From IMG/VR virus record IMGVR_UViG_3300020048_000034: a stretch of 64,000 nucleotides of DNA. One strand, 5' to 3'. Under the pieces are notes generated by a model. The model worked only from the letters and a program-made list of their open reading frames with translations. It did no database searches and was not told where the DNA came from. Below, in pieces: positions 10,886 through 19,991 of the stretch (the stretch's first letter is position 1; each line of letters opens with the position of its first letter). Source of the DNA: an uncultured virus (IMG/VR IMGVR_UViG_3300020048_000034) (lineage: Duplodnaviria; Heunggongvirae; Uroviricota; Caudoviricetes). The translations under genes and the position numbers were made by a program.

Positions 10886-11152
10886 GGAGATGCAGTAGTT
10901 CACCAGACTCAGGTTAGAGAAATCTAAACTACGTTGAAGAAGTTACCACACCTAAGAATGCCGCCTCAGTTCCTAGCTCTGTGTAGGCTCTGTAAGAAGG
11001 GATGCAAAACCCGGTCAACCTAAGTTCGATGTCCCAAGGACACAAGCTTTTTCAACATTGTCGAGAGGAAGTTGGAAGATTTCAATGGTTATAGCTGAAA
11101 TTAGTACACGTTACATCGAAAGATGGCTTATAGCAAACTTTAAAGGTAATTT
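10848..11152 (+). ncRNA. IscB omegaRNA scaffold; guide is the ~10828-10847 flank
   Basis: Close paralog of 6500-6797; similarity starts sharply at GTGA. Confidence 0.88.
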
Positions 11153-12439
11153 ATGGTATATGTATTAAATAAAGATGGGAAACCACTCATGCCTAGCATT
11201 AGGCATGGAAAAATAAGAAGGATGTTGAAAGAAAAGAAAGCTGTAGTAGTTAGAACTACTCCTTTCACAGTTAAACTTCTCTACACTCCTAAGACTGAAA
11301 CAGTACAACCTCTAGTTCTAGGAATAGACCCTGGAAGTAAAACTTTATCAACAGTAGTTAGAGTTGAGAAAACTCCAAAGCTAGTTTACGTTTCTGAAGT
11401 AACTCTAAGAACTGATATTACTAGTAAGTTGAAAAAGAGAAGTTCCTATCGTAGAAACAGAAGAAATCGTAAAACTAGGTACAGACAAGCTAGATTTTTA
11501 AACAGGAAAAGGAAAGATAGATGGCTACCACCTAGTGTTGTTTCTAAACTTAATTCTCACAAGAAAGAGATAAAATTTATCTTTAACATCTTACCTGTTT
11601 CTAGAGTAATCCTAGAGAGAAATACTTTCGATGTTCATAAATTAAAGAATCCTAGTGTGAAGAGTACAGGATACAATCATGGTACACTCTACTTTTATGA
11701 GAATCATAGACAGTACGTTTTAACTAGAGATAAATACTGCTGTAAAAGTTGTAAAAAGAAAAATGTAGTTCTCAACACTCACCATGTAGTACTCAGAAGT
11801 AAAGGAGGAAGAGATCACTACTCTAACCTAGTTACGCTTTGTGAAAAATGTCATAAGAAAGTTCACAGTGGAAAATTGAAACTCTCTAAGAAACTTATTT
11901 CTAGTCTAGGAACAAGTGTAAACACTTTAGATGCTACTCATGCTACAATCATTTCTAAGAGACTAGAGGAGTTTCTCTTAAAACATAAAGAAAGAAAATG
12001 TTACAAATTTCTAACTACTTTTGGCTATGAGACAGTAGTAAAAAGGAGAATTCTAAAGTTAAAGAAAACTCACTACAACGATGCAATTTCTATATCCTAT
12101 CCTAGTAAAATCTCTTACTCTAAGACTAGGGCAGAATCTATGTTTAGAAAAATATCTGTGAGTAAAGGAGATTACCAGCAAACTAAAGGTGTAAGAAGTC
12201 AGACTAGAATCCCTACTTGCAAGATTCATGGATTTAGGAAGTTTGATGTAGTACAGTACCTTGGAAAATATTACATCATTAAAGGTAGAAGAAGTATAGG
12301 ATACTTTGAATTAATGAACTTTAACCTAGAATCAGTAAAATTAAGACCTGTACCTAAGTTTAAATTCTTAAAAAGGGTTAAAGCTAGAAAAAGTACTATA
12401 ACTATAGAAAGGAGAAGGAAACTTTTCTCGCCAAGCTAA
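11153..12439 (+). CDS. iscB: IscB RNA-guided endonuclease (second copy)
   Basis: Same PLMP/RuvC/HNH motifs, intact; nearly identical to copy 1 except the last ~50 aa. Confidence 0.95.
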   Translation: MVYVLNKDGKPLMPSIRHGKIRRMLKEKKAVVVRTTPFTVKLLYTPKTETVQPLVLGIDPGSKTLSTVVRVEKTPKLVYVSEVTLRTDITSKLKKRSSYRRNRRNRKTRYRQARFLNRKRKDRWLPPSVVSKLNSHKKEIKFIFNILPVSRVILERNTFDVHKLKNPSVKSTGYNHGTLYFYENHRQYVLTRDKYCCKSCKKKNVVLNTHHVVLRSKGGRDHYSNLVTLCEKCHKKVHSGKLKLSKKLISSLGTSVNTLDATHATIISKRLEEFLLKHKERKCYKFLTTFGYETVVKRRILKLKKTHYNDAISISYPSKISYSKTRAESMFRKISVSKGDYQQTKGVRSQTRIPTCKIHGFRKFDVVQYLGKYYIIKGRRSIGYFELMNFNLESVKLRPVPKFKFLKRVKARKSTITIERRRKLFSPS

Positions 12440-12543
12440 AGCTCTAGCGTTTCCAAGTTTCCACAACAAATTTATGAAATTTTAAAACAATAGGAGTTAA
12501 AACTTTTAGCAGAATTAAAGGAAAAGTGTGAAATGGAGTAATA

Positions 12544-13446
12544 ATGGAAACTTTACAGTTTGTAGCAGAAATTACTAGAATTAAAATGTTGAACAAAATT
12601 AAAAAACTAATTGATGCAAATAGCCTTAAATTTGAATATGGAACAACATCTTATGATTCTTTTGACTACTATTATGATGGTAAAACTATTAAAAATAAAA
12701 GAATAGAAGTTCCAAAACCAGGCTCATTCTTTTCTTTTTATCCAGTAGGTTTAATTAATTTGGATAAAGGTGTTTATATTATTAAATTTTATATTTATAA
12801 TCCTAGAGATGATGAAGATTCAATTATGCCTATATATGGTATATGGTTAGGTGCTTACAGAAAAAAAGAAGATAAATATGATAAATTATTTGAAGAAGAG
12901 TTATTACCTATAAAATTAGATCAGAAATTTTCAAATGCTAATGACTTAGATTTAAAAATTCACTGTTTTTTAAAACAGTGGCATGAATTAATGGGTGAGT
13001 CTCTTACAGATTTTTCTTCAGAAATTTATAGTATTTTTGATTTACCACTTCCAAAAAAATATAGAAGTTGCCCACCAATAATATATAGAGGTCTAGGTAC
13101 TGGATTTGCTGATATTGATCCCACAGAACCATTGCATCTTGATAGTGAAAGATATCTTGCTAGTTGGACACCAAATAAAGAAATAGCTATAGATTACGCT
13201 GTCCATCAATCTGGAAGTGGAGTTATAATTAAAAAAGTTCCTAAGCCAAAAGATATGCTAATAAATATTAGTGAGTTCTATAAAAAAGCATTTGGAAAAA
13301 CTGTAAAAAAAGATAAATATGCATCACCTACAGAATTCTTTGTCAGTCATCAAAATGAAATAATTATGTTTGAAACTGATGAGGATGAAGTAGTTGAACC
13401 AGAAAATATAGAAGTAGTAGATGATAAAATTAGAGCTATACTTTAA
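12544..13446 (+). CDS. Putative ADP-ribosyltransferase (R-S-E type)
   Basis: IYRGLG ... ASWT...IA..YA ... QNEII. Confidence 0.6.
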   Translation: METLQFVAEITRIKMLNKIKKLIDANSLKFEYGTTSYDSFDYYYDGKTIKNKRIEVPKPGSFFSFYPVGLINLDKGVYIIKFYIYNPRDDEDSIMPIYGIWLGAYRKKEDKYDKLFEEELLPIKLDQKFSNANDLDLKIHCFLKQWHELMGESLTDFSSEIYSIFDLPLPKKYRSCPPIIYRGLGTGFADIDPTEPLHLDSERYLASWTPNKEIAIDYAVHQSGSGVIIKKVPKPKDMLINISEFYKKAFGKTVKKDKYASPTEFFVSHQNEIIMFETDEDEVVEPENIEVVDDKIRAIL

Positions 13447-13464
13447 TCAATTTTAAGGAAAAAT

Positions 13465-14082
13465 ATGAAACTACAAGCAGCACTATCTAAAAGAGAATTA
13501 GAATATATTGAACAAGTTGAACGAGAACGAGAAGAAATGGAAGAAGATGAATACTATGAAGGAGATCAATTTTCACATGGAGCTGAAAGACTTGGTTTAG
13601 ACTATGAATTACTCAGGTTTATTGATGAAAACTGGTTTTTTATGACAAAATGGGAGAATGAAAAAGGTGCATGGAATGAAATTAAAGATTTAGAAATACC
13701 TAGATCATTTAAAACTCCTAATAAATCTATACTTTATAGAGGCTTATTTTTATCTGAAACTGCCTTAAATAAGTTTGAAAATAATAAACCTGTAAAATTA
13801 GATACAGTAAAATTATCATCATGGACAGAACTTAAAAATGTAGCTCAAGAGTTCACTCACGATCACGGTGTTGTCATAAGTATGCCTGTTTCTAAATTAA
13901 AAATTTGGATATGTTTACAGCATCTATACCCATATTTAACTAGAAAAGATAGATATACTCAAGGAATGAGAGAAGTAATTGTTCATGGCACTGGTGTACC
14001 TAAAAATACTTTAACACCAGATATGGTTGTTTGGTCTAAATTTACCAAAAAAGGTAAATTAAAAGATATTAAAAAGAGATAA
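13465..14082 (+). CDS. Putative ADP-ribosyltransferase (R-S-E type)
   Basis: LYRGL ... SSWT...VA..F ... MREVIV. Confidence 0.6.
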   Translation: MKLQAALSKRELEYIEQVEREREEMEEDEYYEGDQFSHGAERLGLDYELLRFIDENWFFMTKWENEKGAWNEIKDLEIPRSFKTPNKSILYRGLFLSETALNKFENNKPVKLDTVKLSSWTELKNVAQEFTHDHGVVISMPVSKLKIWICLQHLYPYLTRKDRYTQGMREVIVHGTGVPKNTLTPDMVVWSKFTKKGKLKDIKKR

Positions 14083-14085
14083 TTT

Positions 14086-14475
14086 ATGAATTACCCCTTT
14101 AGGTATTATAAACCAATAGGAAGTTACTGTTTCTTCTTAACAGAGGAAGGTATCTTTAAAGCTAGGATTATTTATGTTTATGATAGAGGTAGAGATCAAC
14201 TTAATAAAGAACAATACATGTTTGATTACTACATTGAAGGATTTCCATATAGACTTTCTTTTGGAATAGATATTTTCGAAACAAGGGAAGAATGTGAGAA
14301 TTTAATAGATAAAGTTGATCTTTTAAAATTAAAAACTAATTTTGTGAATACTGATAAATTAAACCTTCATACAATTATTACCGATAAATCTATGTTACAT
14401 ATTAAAGCATTTGATAATGAAAAACTGGTATATGGTTTTTGGAATTTCATTGAAAAAATGATGAGGGGATACTAG
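14086..14475 (+). CDS. Hypothetical protein, paralog of the 10355 N-terminal domain
   Basis: YPFRY.KP.G..C.F.TE.G ... DY.IE..PY...FG.D.FET.EE shared. Confidence 0.7.
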   Translation: MNYPFRYYKPIGSYCFFLTEEGIFKARIIYVYDRGRDQLNKEQYMFDYYIEGFPYRLSFGIDIFETREECENLIDKVDLLKLKTNFVNTDKLNLHTIITDKSMLHIKAFDNEKLVYGFWNFIEKMMRGY

Positions 14476-16157
14476 TGAAAATTCAATTAATTGCTAGAAA
14501 TATTGTAAATAATAAGGAACTAGATTCCTTTTTATTAGGTCTATCTCAACATACTAATAAACAAGAAGTTAACAATTGGATTAAAAAACAACTTAGATAT
14601 TATTTTCAAGAGAAGTATAATGAAGTAAGACTAGTTAAAAAATATAAAGATAGTGATCCAGACTGGTTAAAAGATGGGGTTAAGAATGGAACAGCTTTAG
14701 AAGTAGTATTAGATAATGAAATAAGAAATAAATGTATTCATGTAATTGACTACTTTAACTCTCTTATTCCATTTGAACTAGATAAAATTCAAAAATTATC
14801 TTTTGAAGTTGCTGAAACAAAAGCTGATTTGTGGTTAGAAAAATTAAATGAAAAAGCTTCTTTAGAAGAAGATCCAGAAGGTATTAAAGTAGTTAGAGAA
14901 TACCCAGAAGGATTTAAATGGGTTAAAGTATTTTCAGAACAGTCTCTTAATAGAGAAGGTTTACTTATGAAACACTGTGTTGGAAGTTACTATGAGAAAG
15001 TAAAACATGGACACTGTGTTGTTTACTCATTAAGAAATCCAGATAATATTCCAAAATGTACTGTTGAAGTCATTAAAACTAGTGTAACTCAAATTAAAGG
15101 ATTTGCCAATGGTTCAATTAAAGAAAAGTATGTAAAATATGTTAAAAACTTTATTAAAACTCCTATAAAAGGTGAAAAGTATGAAAAAGTAGAGGATTTA
15201 GATAATATTGGAATCATAGAACAAGAAGGAATATGGCATAACATCCAACATTTACCAGATAATTTTATAATAGATGATTTTCATGAGTTTAAAAAATTCA
15301 ATATTAAAAAATTACCCAATATAATTATTCTTCATCAAATTAAATTTACAGGTTGTAATATAGATGAAATTAATGGAGTTAAAGGGGATCATTTAATTTT
15401 AAAAGCTTGTAAAATTAAAGAAATAAAAGGAATAGTTGCTGTTACCTCATTAAGTATTTATAATTGTAAACCTTTAATGTTTAAAAAAGGATCTAAAGTA
15501 ACTCAATACTTTGCTGGAGATCCATCTAAAATAGGTAATTTAGAAATTACTTCCAGTGTAAAAACATTGCTTATTAATTTCTATAAAGGAAAGGAATTAC
15601 CATTTACAGTTCCTAAAAAGTTACACTCTTTAAATTTATTACATTGCCCTAATCTAAATAGTTTGCCAGAAGTTGAAGTAAACCAATGCTTTATTAAAAA
15701 ATGTAAAAATATTACTAGTATTCCAGAAGGAATGAAAATACTTCAAAAACTAGAGTTAAAAAATAGTAATGTATCAAGTATTTATGGATCAGTAAATATA
15801 TGTAATATTATGGGAAATAAATCTTCTTTAAAAGTATTAAGAAATATTGAAAGATGTACTATTTGGAATTCACCTAAATCCACAGACTTAGAAGAATTAA
15901 GTTGTGATACTTTAGGGTGGGCTGATTTAAGGATAGAGGAAAATAGCTTATTAGCTGAAAAAATCAATTGTAAAACAATGGAACTTAGTTTAAATAATTT
16001 GACTCTATTTAAACTTCCTTCTACTGCTAAGATAGATTCTTTAACGATTGTCATTCCTAAAAATGACACGAAATATGAAGAAGATTTTTTAAAATTAAAT
16101 CCATTTTTGCATAAAAATCAGCTAACAATATATATTGAAAGTGCAGAGTTCAGTTAA
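14475..16157 (+). CDS. PcfJ-like domain + divergent LRR protein (paralog 2)
   Basis: ARNIVN, PDWL, REG..MKHCV, YSLR..P.CTVE, QIKG; irregular LRR C-terminal half. Confidence 0.8.
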   Translation: MKIQLIARNIVNNKELDSFLLGLSQHTNKQEVNNWIKKQLRYYFQEKYNEVRLVKKYKDSDPDWLKDGVKNGTALEVVLDNEIRNKCIHVIDYFNSLIPFELDKIQKLSFEVAETKADLWLEKLNEKASLEEDPEGIKVVREYPEGFKWVKVFSEQSLNREGLLMKHCVGSYYEKVKHGHCVVYSLRNPDNIPKCTVEVIKTSVTQIKGFANGSIKEKYVKYVKNFIKTPIKGEKYEKVEDLDNIGIIEQEGIWHNIQHLPDNFIIDDFHEFKKFNIKKLPNIIILHQIKFTGCNIDEINGVKGDHLILKACKIKEIKGIVAVTSLSIYNCKPLMFKKGSKVTQYFAGDPSKIGNLEITSSVKTLLINFYKGKELPFTVPKKLHSLNLLHCPNLNSLPEVEVNQCFIKKCKNITSIPEGMKILQKLELKNSNVSSIYGSVNICNIMGNKSSLKVLRNIERCTIWNSPKSTDLEELSCDTLGWADLRIEENSLLAEKINCKTMELSLNNLTLFKLPSTAKIDSLTIVIPKNDTKYEEDFLKLNPFLHKNQLTIYIESAEFS

Positions 16158-16188
16158 ATAAGAAAATTTTAGAGAAAGGTATGATAAG

Positions 16189-16788
16189 ATGACATTCAAG
16201 AAAGACCTCATAGATAATAGTATTATTTTAGAAAATCATTTTAAATTAACTAGTGGAAGACATTCTCAGTATTACATTAATAAAGATGCAATTTACTGTA
16301 ATCCATTTGTTTTTAATTCAACAATTAAAAATATGATAAGTTTGATTAGCGAAAATTTTATTAGAATTGAAGACTATGATAACATTGTTTATTTGTATGA
16401 TATAATTACTGGTCCAGCTATTGCAGGTGCAGTGCTAGCTTCTCCTATAGCAAATCATTTCATGAAAAGTTTTGTTTACCCAGAAAAAGGATTAAACAAA
16501 ACAATGTGTTTTAATCGTGGCTATGACAAAGTAATTAGAAATAAGAATGTATTGATTGTAGAAGATATTATTACTACTGGAAATTCTGTAATGTCCACTA
16601 TAAATGCTATTAAAGATTGTGGTGGGAAACCAGTTGGAGTAGTATGTATTTGGAATAGATCTGGTAATAAATCTTTATTTGATATTCCATTATATTCCTT
16701 AATTACTGAAGAAGTAATGTCTTACTTACCAGAAGAATGTCCTTTTTGTGAAGCAAATATACCACTAGTAGATCCAAAGAAAATATAA
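16189..16788 (+). CDS. pyrE: Orotate phosphoribosyltransferase
   Basis: HFKLTSGRHS.YY, PRPP motif VLIVEDIITTGNS, C-terminal ECPFC..NIP. Confidence 0.9.
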   Translation: MTFKKDLIDNSIILENHFKLTSGRHSQYYINKDAIYCNPFVFNSTIKNMISLISENFIRIEDYDNIVYLYDIITGPAIAGAVLASPIANHFMKSFVYPEKGLNKTMCFNRGYDKVIRNKNVLIVEDIITTGNSVMSTINAIKDCGGKPVGVVCIWNRSGNKSLFDIPLYSLITEEVMSYLPEECPFCEANIPLVDPKKI

Positions 16789-16910
16789 AGGAGAAAATAT
16801 GGATTTAAAAACCCACATTAATTTTGTTAAGTGCAGCTCATGTACTATTTGTAAAAAAGAACCTATAGAAGAATTCGAAGTTCAAAAACTTAACTATTTA
16901 GGAAACGTCT

Positions 16911-17504
16911 TTGAAAAATCCGATAATTCATATTAGACTATTAGGGAAGAAAGAAAAGAAAACTTTCTTCAATAAATATAAAACAGCTACTCCTAGACAT
17001 ATTACCCATTGTGGAGTGTATGCTGCATTCCATGAATTGAAGTGTATTGGAGGATTAGTTTTAGACAAAAAACCTTTAAACACTGGTTTTACTGCTAAAA
17101 ATGTAGTTGGTATCTCTTATTTATATATAGCTCCTAAGTATAGAGGTCTAGGCCTAGGAGAGACATTAATTTCAAAAATTTTAAATAAATATAAGAATAT
17201 TACTTTGACTACTGGATTATATACTTATGGATCAATTATTCATATTTTTAAAAAATTAAATTTTAGAATTTTTAGAAAAATAGGAAATATTAATTTTTGG
17301 ATTTTTGAAAAAGAAGTATCAAGCATTACAGAAGAGTCATTAGATTGGGTTTGTAAGAAGTATTCTTGTAAGATGCTAAAGTCAGTTTGTATAAAAAGAC
17401 AGTTGTTAGCTAGTTTACCGTCTAATTTTCAAAAAAGATCATTGTACTATGAAACATGTTTTAACTGTTCAAATGCTTTTAAAGAAGGAGAGACAGAAAG
17501 ATGA
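16911..17504 (+). CDS. GNAT acetyltransferase with a Cys-rich C-terminal domain
   Basis: LYIAPKYRGLGLG acetyl-CoA motif; C..C..C..CxxC tail. Confidence 0.7.
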   Translation: MKNPIIHIRLLGKKEKKTFFNKYKTATPRHITHCGVYAAFHELKCIGGLVLDKKPLNTGFTAKNVVGISYLYIAPKYRGLGLGETLISKILNKYKNITLTTGLYTYGSIIHIFKKLNFRIFRKIGNINFWIFEKEVSSITEESLDWVCKKYSCKMLKSVCIKRQLLASLPSNFQKRSLYYETCFNCSNAFKEGETER

Positions 17505-18214
17505 GTTTAAAGCCTATATTTATTAATGCTAGAGATATATCTGATGCTTGGTTTCAAACAATTTATGCCTGCTTAGATTATGGTAAAGAATTTGTTATTG
17601 ATAGTGGATCTTTTGCTGGTCAAAAAAGACTAGAACTAGATTACATAACAATTCATATTAAACAACCTGGATATCCTTATGATAAAAAATCATTAGATGA
17701 AATGATGCCAAAAATTCCATCACACTATTGTGTACCTGATCCAGTATGTGAAGGATACATGGATGAGTATCTTCCTTATTTAATGACTGAAGAAATGAAA
17801 GAGAACGAGTGCTACACCTACGGGAGTCGTATTTGGTCTAAACTAGGAGAAAATGTTAGGTCGAATCAAGTTCATTACATAATTGATACTTATAAAAATA
17901 AAGGTTTCAGAAATAATCAAATGGTGTTACAAATTGCTCAACCAATTGATTTATTTATTAATGATCCTCCTTGTTTAAGGTATCTGGACACTAGAATTCA
18001 AGACAACAAACTTCATTTTTTTGGGTACTGGAGAAGCTGGGATTTATGGTCTGGATTCCCCGTAAATTTAGGGGGGATTCAATTCCTTAAAGAATACATG
18101 GCTAACGAAATAGGAGTGGAGGATGGAGAAATGATTTGTTCTAGCAAAGGAATTCACCTCTATGATCATGTATTTGATATTGCTAGAAAGTTAAAAGGGG
18201 ATAATTGTAGTTAA
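17501..18214 (+). CDS. thyA: Short thymidylate synthase (ThyA fold)
   Basis: YTYG, PPCL, RSWD, GFPVN (Asn, dUMP-type), HLY motifs. Confidence 0.85.
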   Translation: MSLKPIFINARDISDAWFQTIYACLDYGKEFVIDSGSFAGQKRLELDYITIHIKQPGYPYDKKSLDEMMPKIPSHYCVPDPVCEGYMDEYLPYLMTEEMKENECYTYGSRIWSKLGENVRSNQVHYIIDTYKNKGFRNNQMVLQIAQPIDLFINDPPCLRYLDTRIQDNKLHFFGYWRSWDLWSGFPVNLGGIQFLKEYMANEIGVEDGEMICSSKGIHLYDHVFDIARKLKGDNCS

Positions 18215-18239
18215 AATCAATTAAAAAGGAGTTTAAAAA

Positions 18240-18701
18240 ATGAGTAATGTAAGAAAAGCAACAGCATTGTTAAGGGCAGCATTTGAGTTCTTAGATTCAG
18301 ACGAGTTTGAAAATGTTGAAGAAATTGGACAAGAGGAAGAAGAAACAGAACTTAACTCTGAGGATGAACAACTTATTAGAGATTACAAAAATGGGTTTTC
18401 ATGGGTTAAGCTAGTTTCTCGTAATGCATTAAAAAGAGAAGGTAAGCTGATGATGCATGATGTTGCGGATTATTATCCTAAAGTTGCTTCAGAAAAGTAT
18501 GAAGTTTATTCATTACGTGATCCATCAAACAAGCCTCATTGTACTATTGGTGTTGATCTAAAGAAACGTGCAATTGATCAAATTGTTGGTAAAAGAAATG
18601 AACCACTAGATCTAAAATATGTTGGATATGTGTGGAATTTTATTAAATATCCACTTAACAATGGTCCAAAGTATAGATCAGTAGTTGATATCCCAGAATA
18701 A
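18240..18701 (+). CDS. Leader + stand-alone PcfJ-like domain (HC changed to HD)
   Basis: MSNVRKATALLRAAFEFL leader; REGKLMMHDV, YSLRD..PHCTI, QIVG. Confidence 0.8.
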   Translation: MSNVRKATALLRAAFEFLDSDEFENVEEIGQEEEETELNSEDEQLIRDYKNGFSWVKLVSRNALKREGKLMMHDVADYYPKVASEKYEVYSLRDPSNKPHCTIGVDLKKRAIDQIVGKRNEPLDLKYVGYVWNFIKYPLNNGPKYRSVVDIPE

Positions 18702-18717
18702 TTAATATAATTAAAAG

Positions 18718-18751
18718 GGGGACTATTAATAAAATAGTCCCCTTTCTTTTT
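18718..18751 (+). terminator. Rho-independent terminator
   Basis: GGGGACTATT/AATAGTCCCC stem + T tract. Confidence 0.8.
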
Positions 18752-18770
18752 ATTAGAGGAGATAATAATT

Positions 18771-19457
18771 ATGAGAAGAGTTCATAATAAAAAATGGGAA
18801 GATTTAGGGATATCTAGATCTACTTATTTAAGATATCTTGACAAAGGAATTACTCCAACACCTCCTAAAAACCCTAGAAGAATTAAGAATGAAATTAATT
18901 CTATATGGAATTTTGTAGACCCAGAATGGGTATATAGAACTTGTAATAGAATGTCAAAAGGTAATATGGAATTGTATGATTATTTATTGGATTATGTCTA
19001 TACTTTGAAATTAGAAGTAGCTGAAAATCCAAAAACATATATTGTGGCAAGGTTGAGAAATAGAATTAGAGATTTTATTAGATTTAAAAAAAAGTTTTCA
19101 GAATACATTGATGGGAGTAATTTAAAAATGAAAGATTTAAGAAAAGCAAGAATACTTCTAAAAGCAGCGATGGAATTATTAGAAGAAATAGATGGAAATA
19201 TTTTATTTCCAGAATATATCGGTGATATTGGTTTTGATGCTGTAATAGATACAATTGAAAATGGTGAATTTTTATCTAGTGAGTTTGAGAAATTAAGAGA
19301 CAAACTCCTTAAATATTCTAAAATATACAGAAAGAAATTTTCATGGAAAGAAATTCATGATACATTAATCATGGATGATATTGATGAAACAATGATTGAA
19401 AAATTGAGACGATATTTTAGAAATTGTTTTTCTGAAATGAATTATCAATCTAGTTAA
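18771..19457 (+). CDS. HTH/sigma-region-2-like protein read in frame into a leader-bearing protein (internal start 19128)
   Basis: LGISRSTYLRY; TYIVARLRNRIRDFIR; internal GGAG-RBS + MKDLRKARILLKAAMELL. Confidence 0.55.
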   Translation: MRRVHNKKWEDLGISRSTYLRYLDKGITPTPPKNPRRIKNEINSIWNFVDPEWVYRTCNRMSKGNMELYDYLLDYVYTLKLEVAENPKTYIVARLRNRIRDFIRFKKKFSEYIDGSNLKMKDLRKARILLKAAMELLEEIDGNILFPEYIGDIGFDAVIDTIENGEFLSSEFEKLRDKLLKYSKIYRKKFSWKEIHDTLIMDDIDETMIEKLRRYFRNCFSEMNYQSS

Positions 19458-19470
19458 TAGGAGTTAAAAA

Positions 19471-19841
19471 ATGAACAATGTAAGAAAAGCAAAAACACTT
19501 TTAAAAGCAGCAACAATGTAAGAAAAGCAAAAACACTTTTAAAAGCAGCAATTGAATTATTAAAAGAAGAAGTAAACTCTTCTATTACTGCGACTAGATT
19601 TATACCTGGGAGTTGCTATGTTCATAAATACATAGATGATTATGCTTTTTGTTTTCTCAGAAATGTGAACGAAAATAAAGCTAAAATCTTACCATTTGAG
19701 GCTAAAAGTGTTAAAGACACTGAAATATTCTATTTTAATGATGAAGATGTAAATAATTTTAAACAGTTAAGTATTTTAGATGTGCATAGAATTTCTAAAG
19801 AAAACAATCATGATTGGTTTTTAAAGTGGTTCTCTAGATGA
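19471..19841 (+). pseudogene. Leader-bearing 110-aa protein frameshifted by a 38-bp tandem duplication
   Basis: Removing one copy gives MNNVRKAKTLLKAAIELLKEEVNSSITATRF...WFSR*. Confidence 0.8.
19474..19549 (+). repeat. Exact 38-bp tandem duplication
   Basis: AACAATGTAAGAAAAGCAAAAACACTTTTAAAAGCAGC x2. Confidence 0.95.
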
Positions 19842-19858
19842 ATTAAAAGAGGTTTAAT

Positions 19859-19957
19859 ATGCCATTCCTTAAAGCAGCTTTAACTAGTAAGGAGTTAAAA
19901 AATATAAAAGAAATAGAGAAAGAAATAATACGAAGAGAAGAATTAAAATATTTGTAA
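19859..19957 (+). CDS. 32-aa ORF resembling the N-terminus of the 13465 protein
   Basis: MPFLKAALTSKELKNIKEIEKE vs MKLQAALSKRELEYIEQVERE; GAGG RBS. Confidence 0.5.
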   Translation: MPFLKAALTSKELKNIKEIEKEIIRREELKYL

Positions 19958-19991
19958 AAGCTAACTACATTGAAATTATAAGGAGTTAAAA

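Larger units (their letters stand above)
10848..12473 (+). mobile_element. IS200/IS605-family IscB element 2 (no tnpA)
   Basis: Starts GTGAGCTAC + GCTAAAGC hairpin; distal GCTAAAGC hairpin overlaps the iscB stop; 3' flank ATGAA; the empty site rejoins in frame. Confidence 0.9.

Noticed and set aside
6500..12473. IscB elements as self-splicing IStrons
   Set aside because: No group I intron core or terminal G recognised; the stop in the downstream tail suggests the host gene is not restored.
12474..12541. In-frame TAG suggesting stop-codon recoding
   Set aside because: TAG ends many genes cleanly (e.g. TAGTG coupling at 14473-14477) and long ORFs are intact in the standard code; better explained as decay of an orphaned tail.
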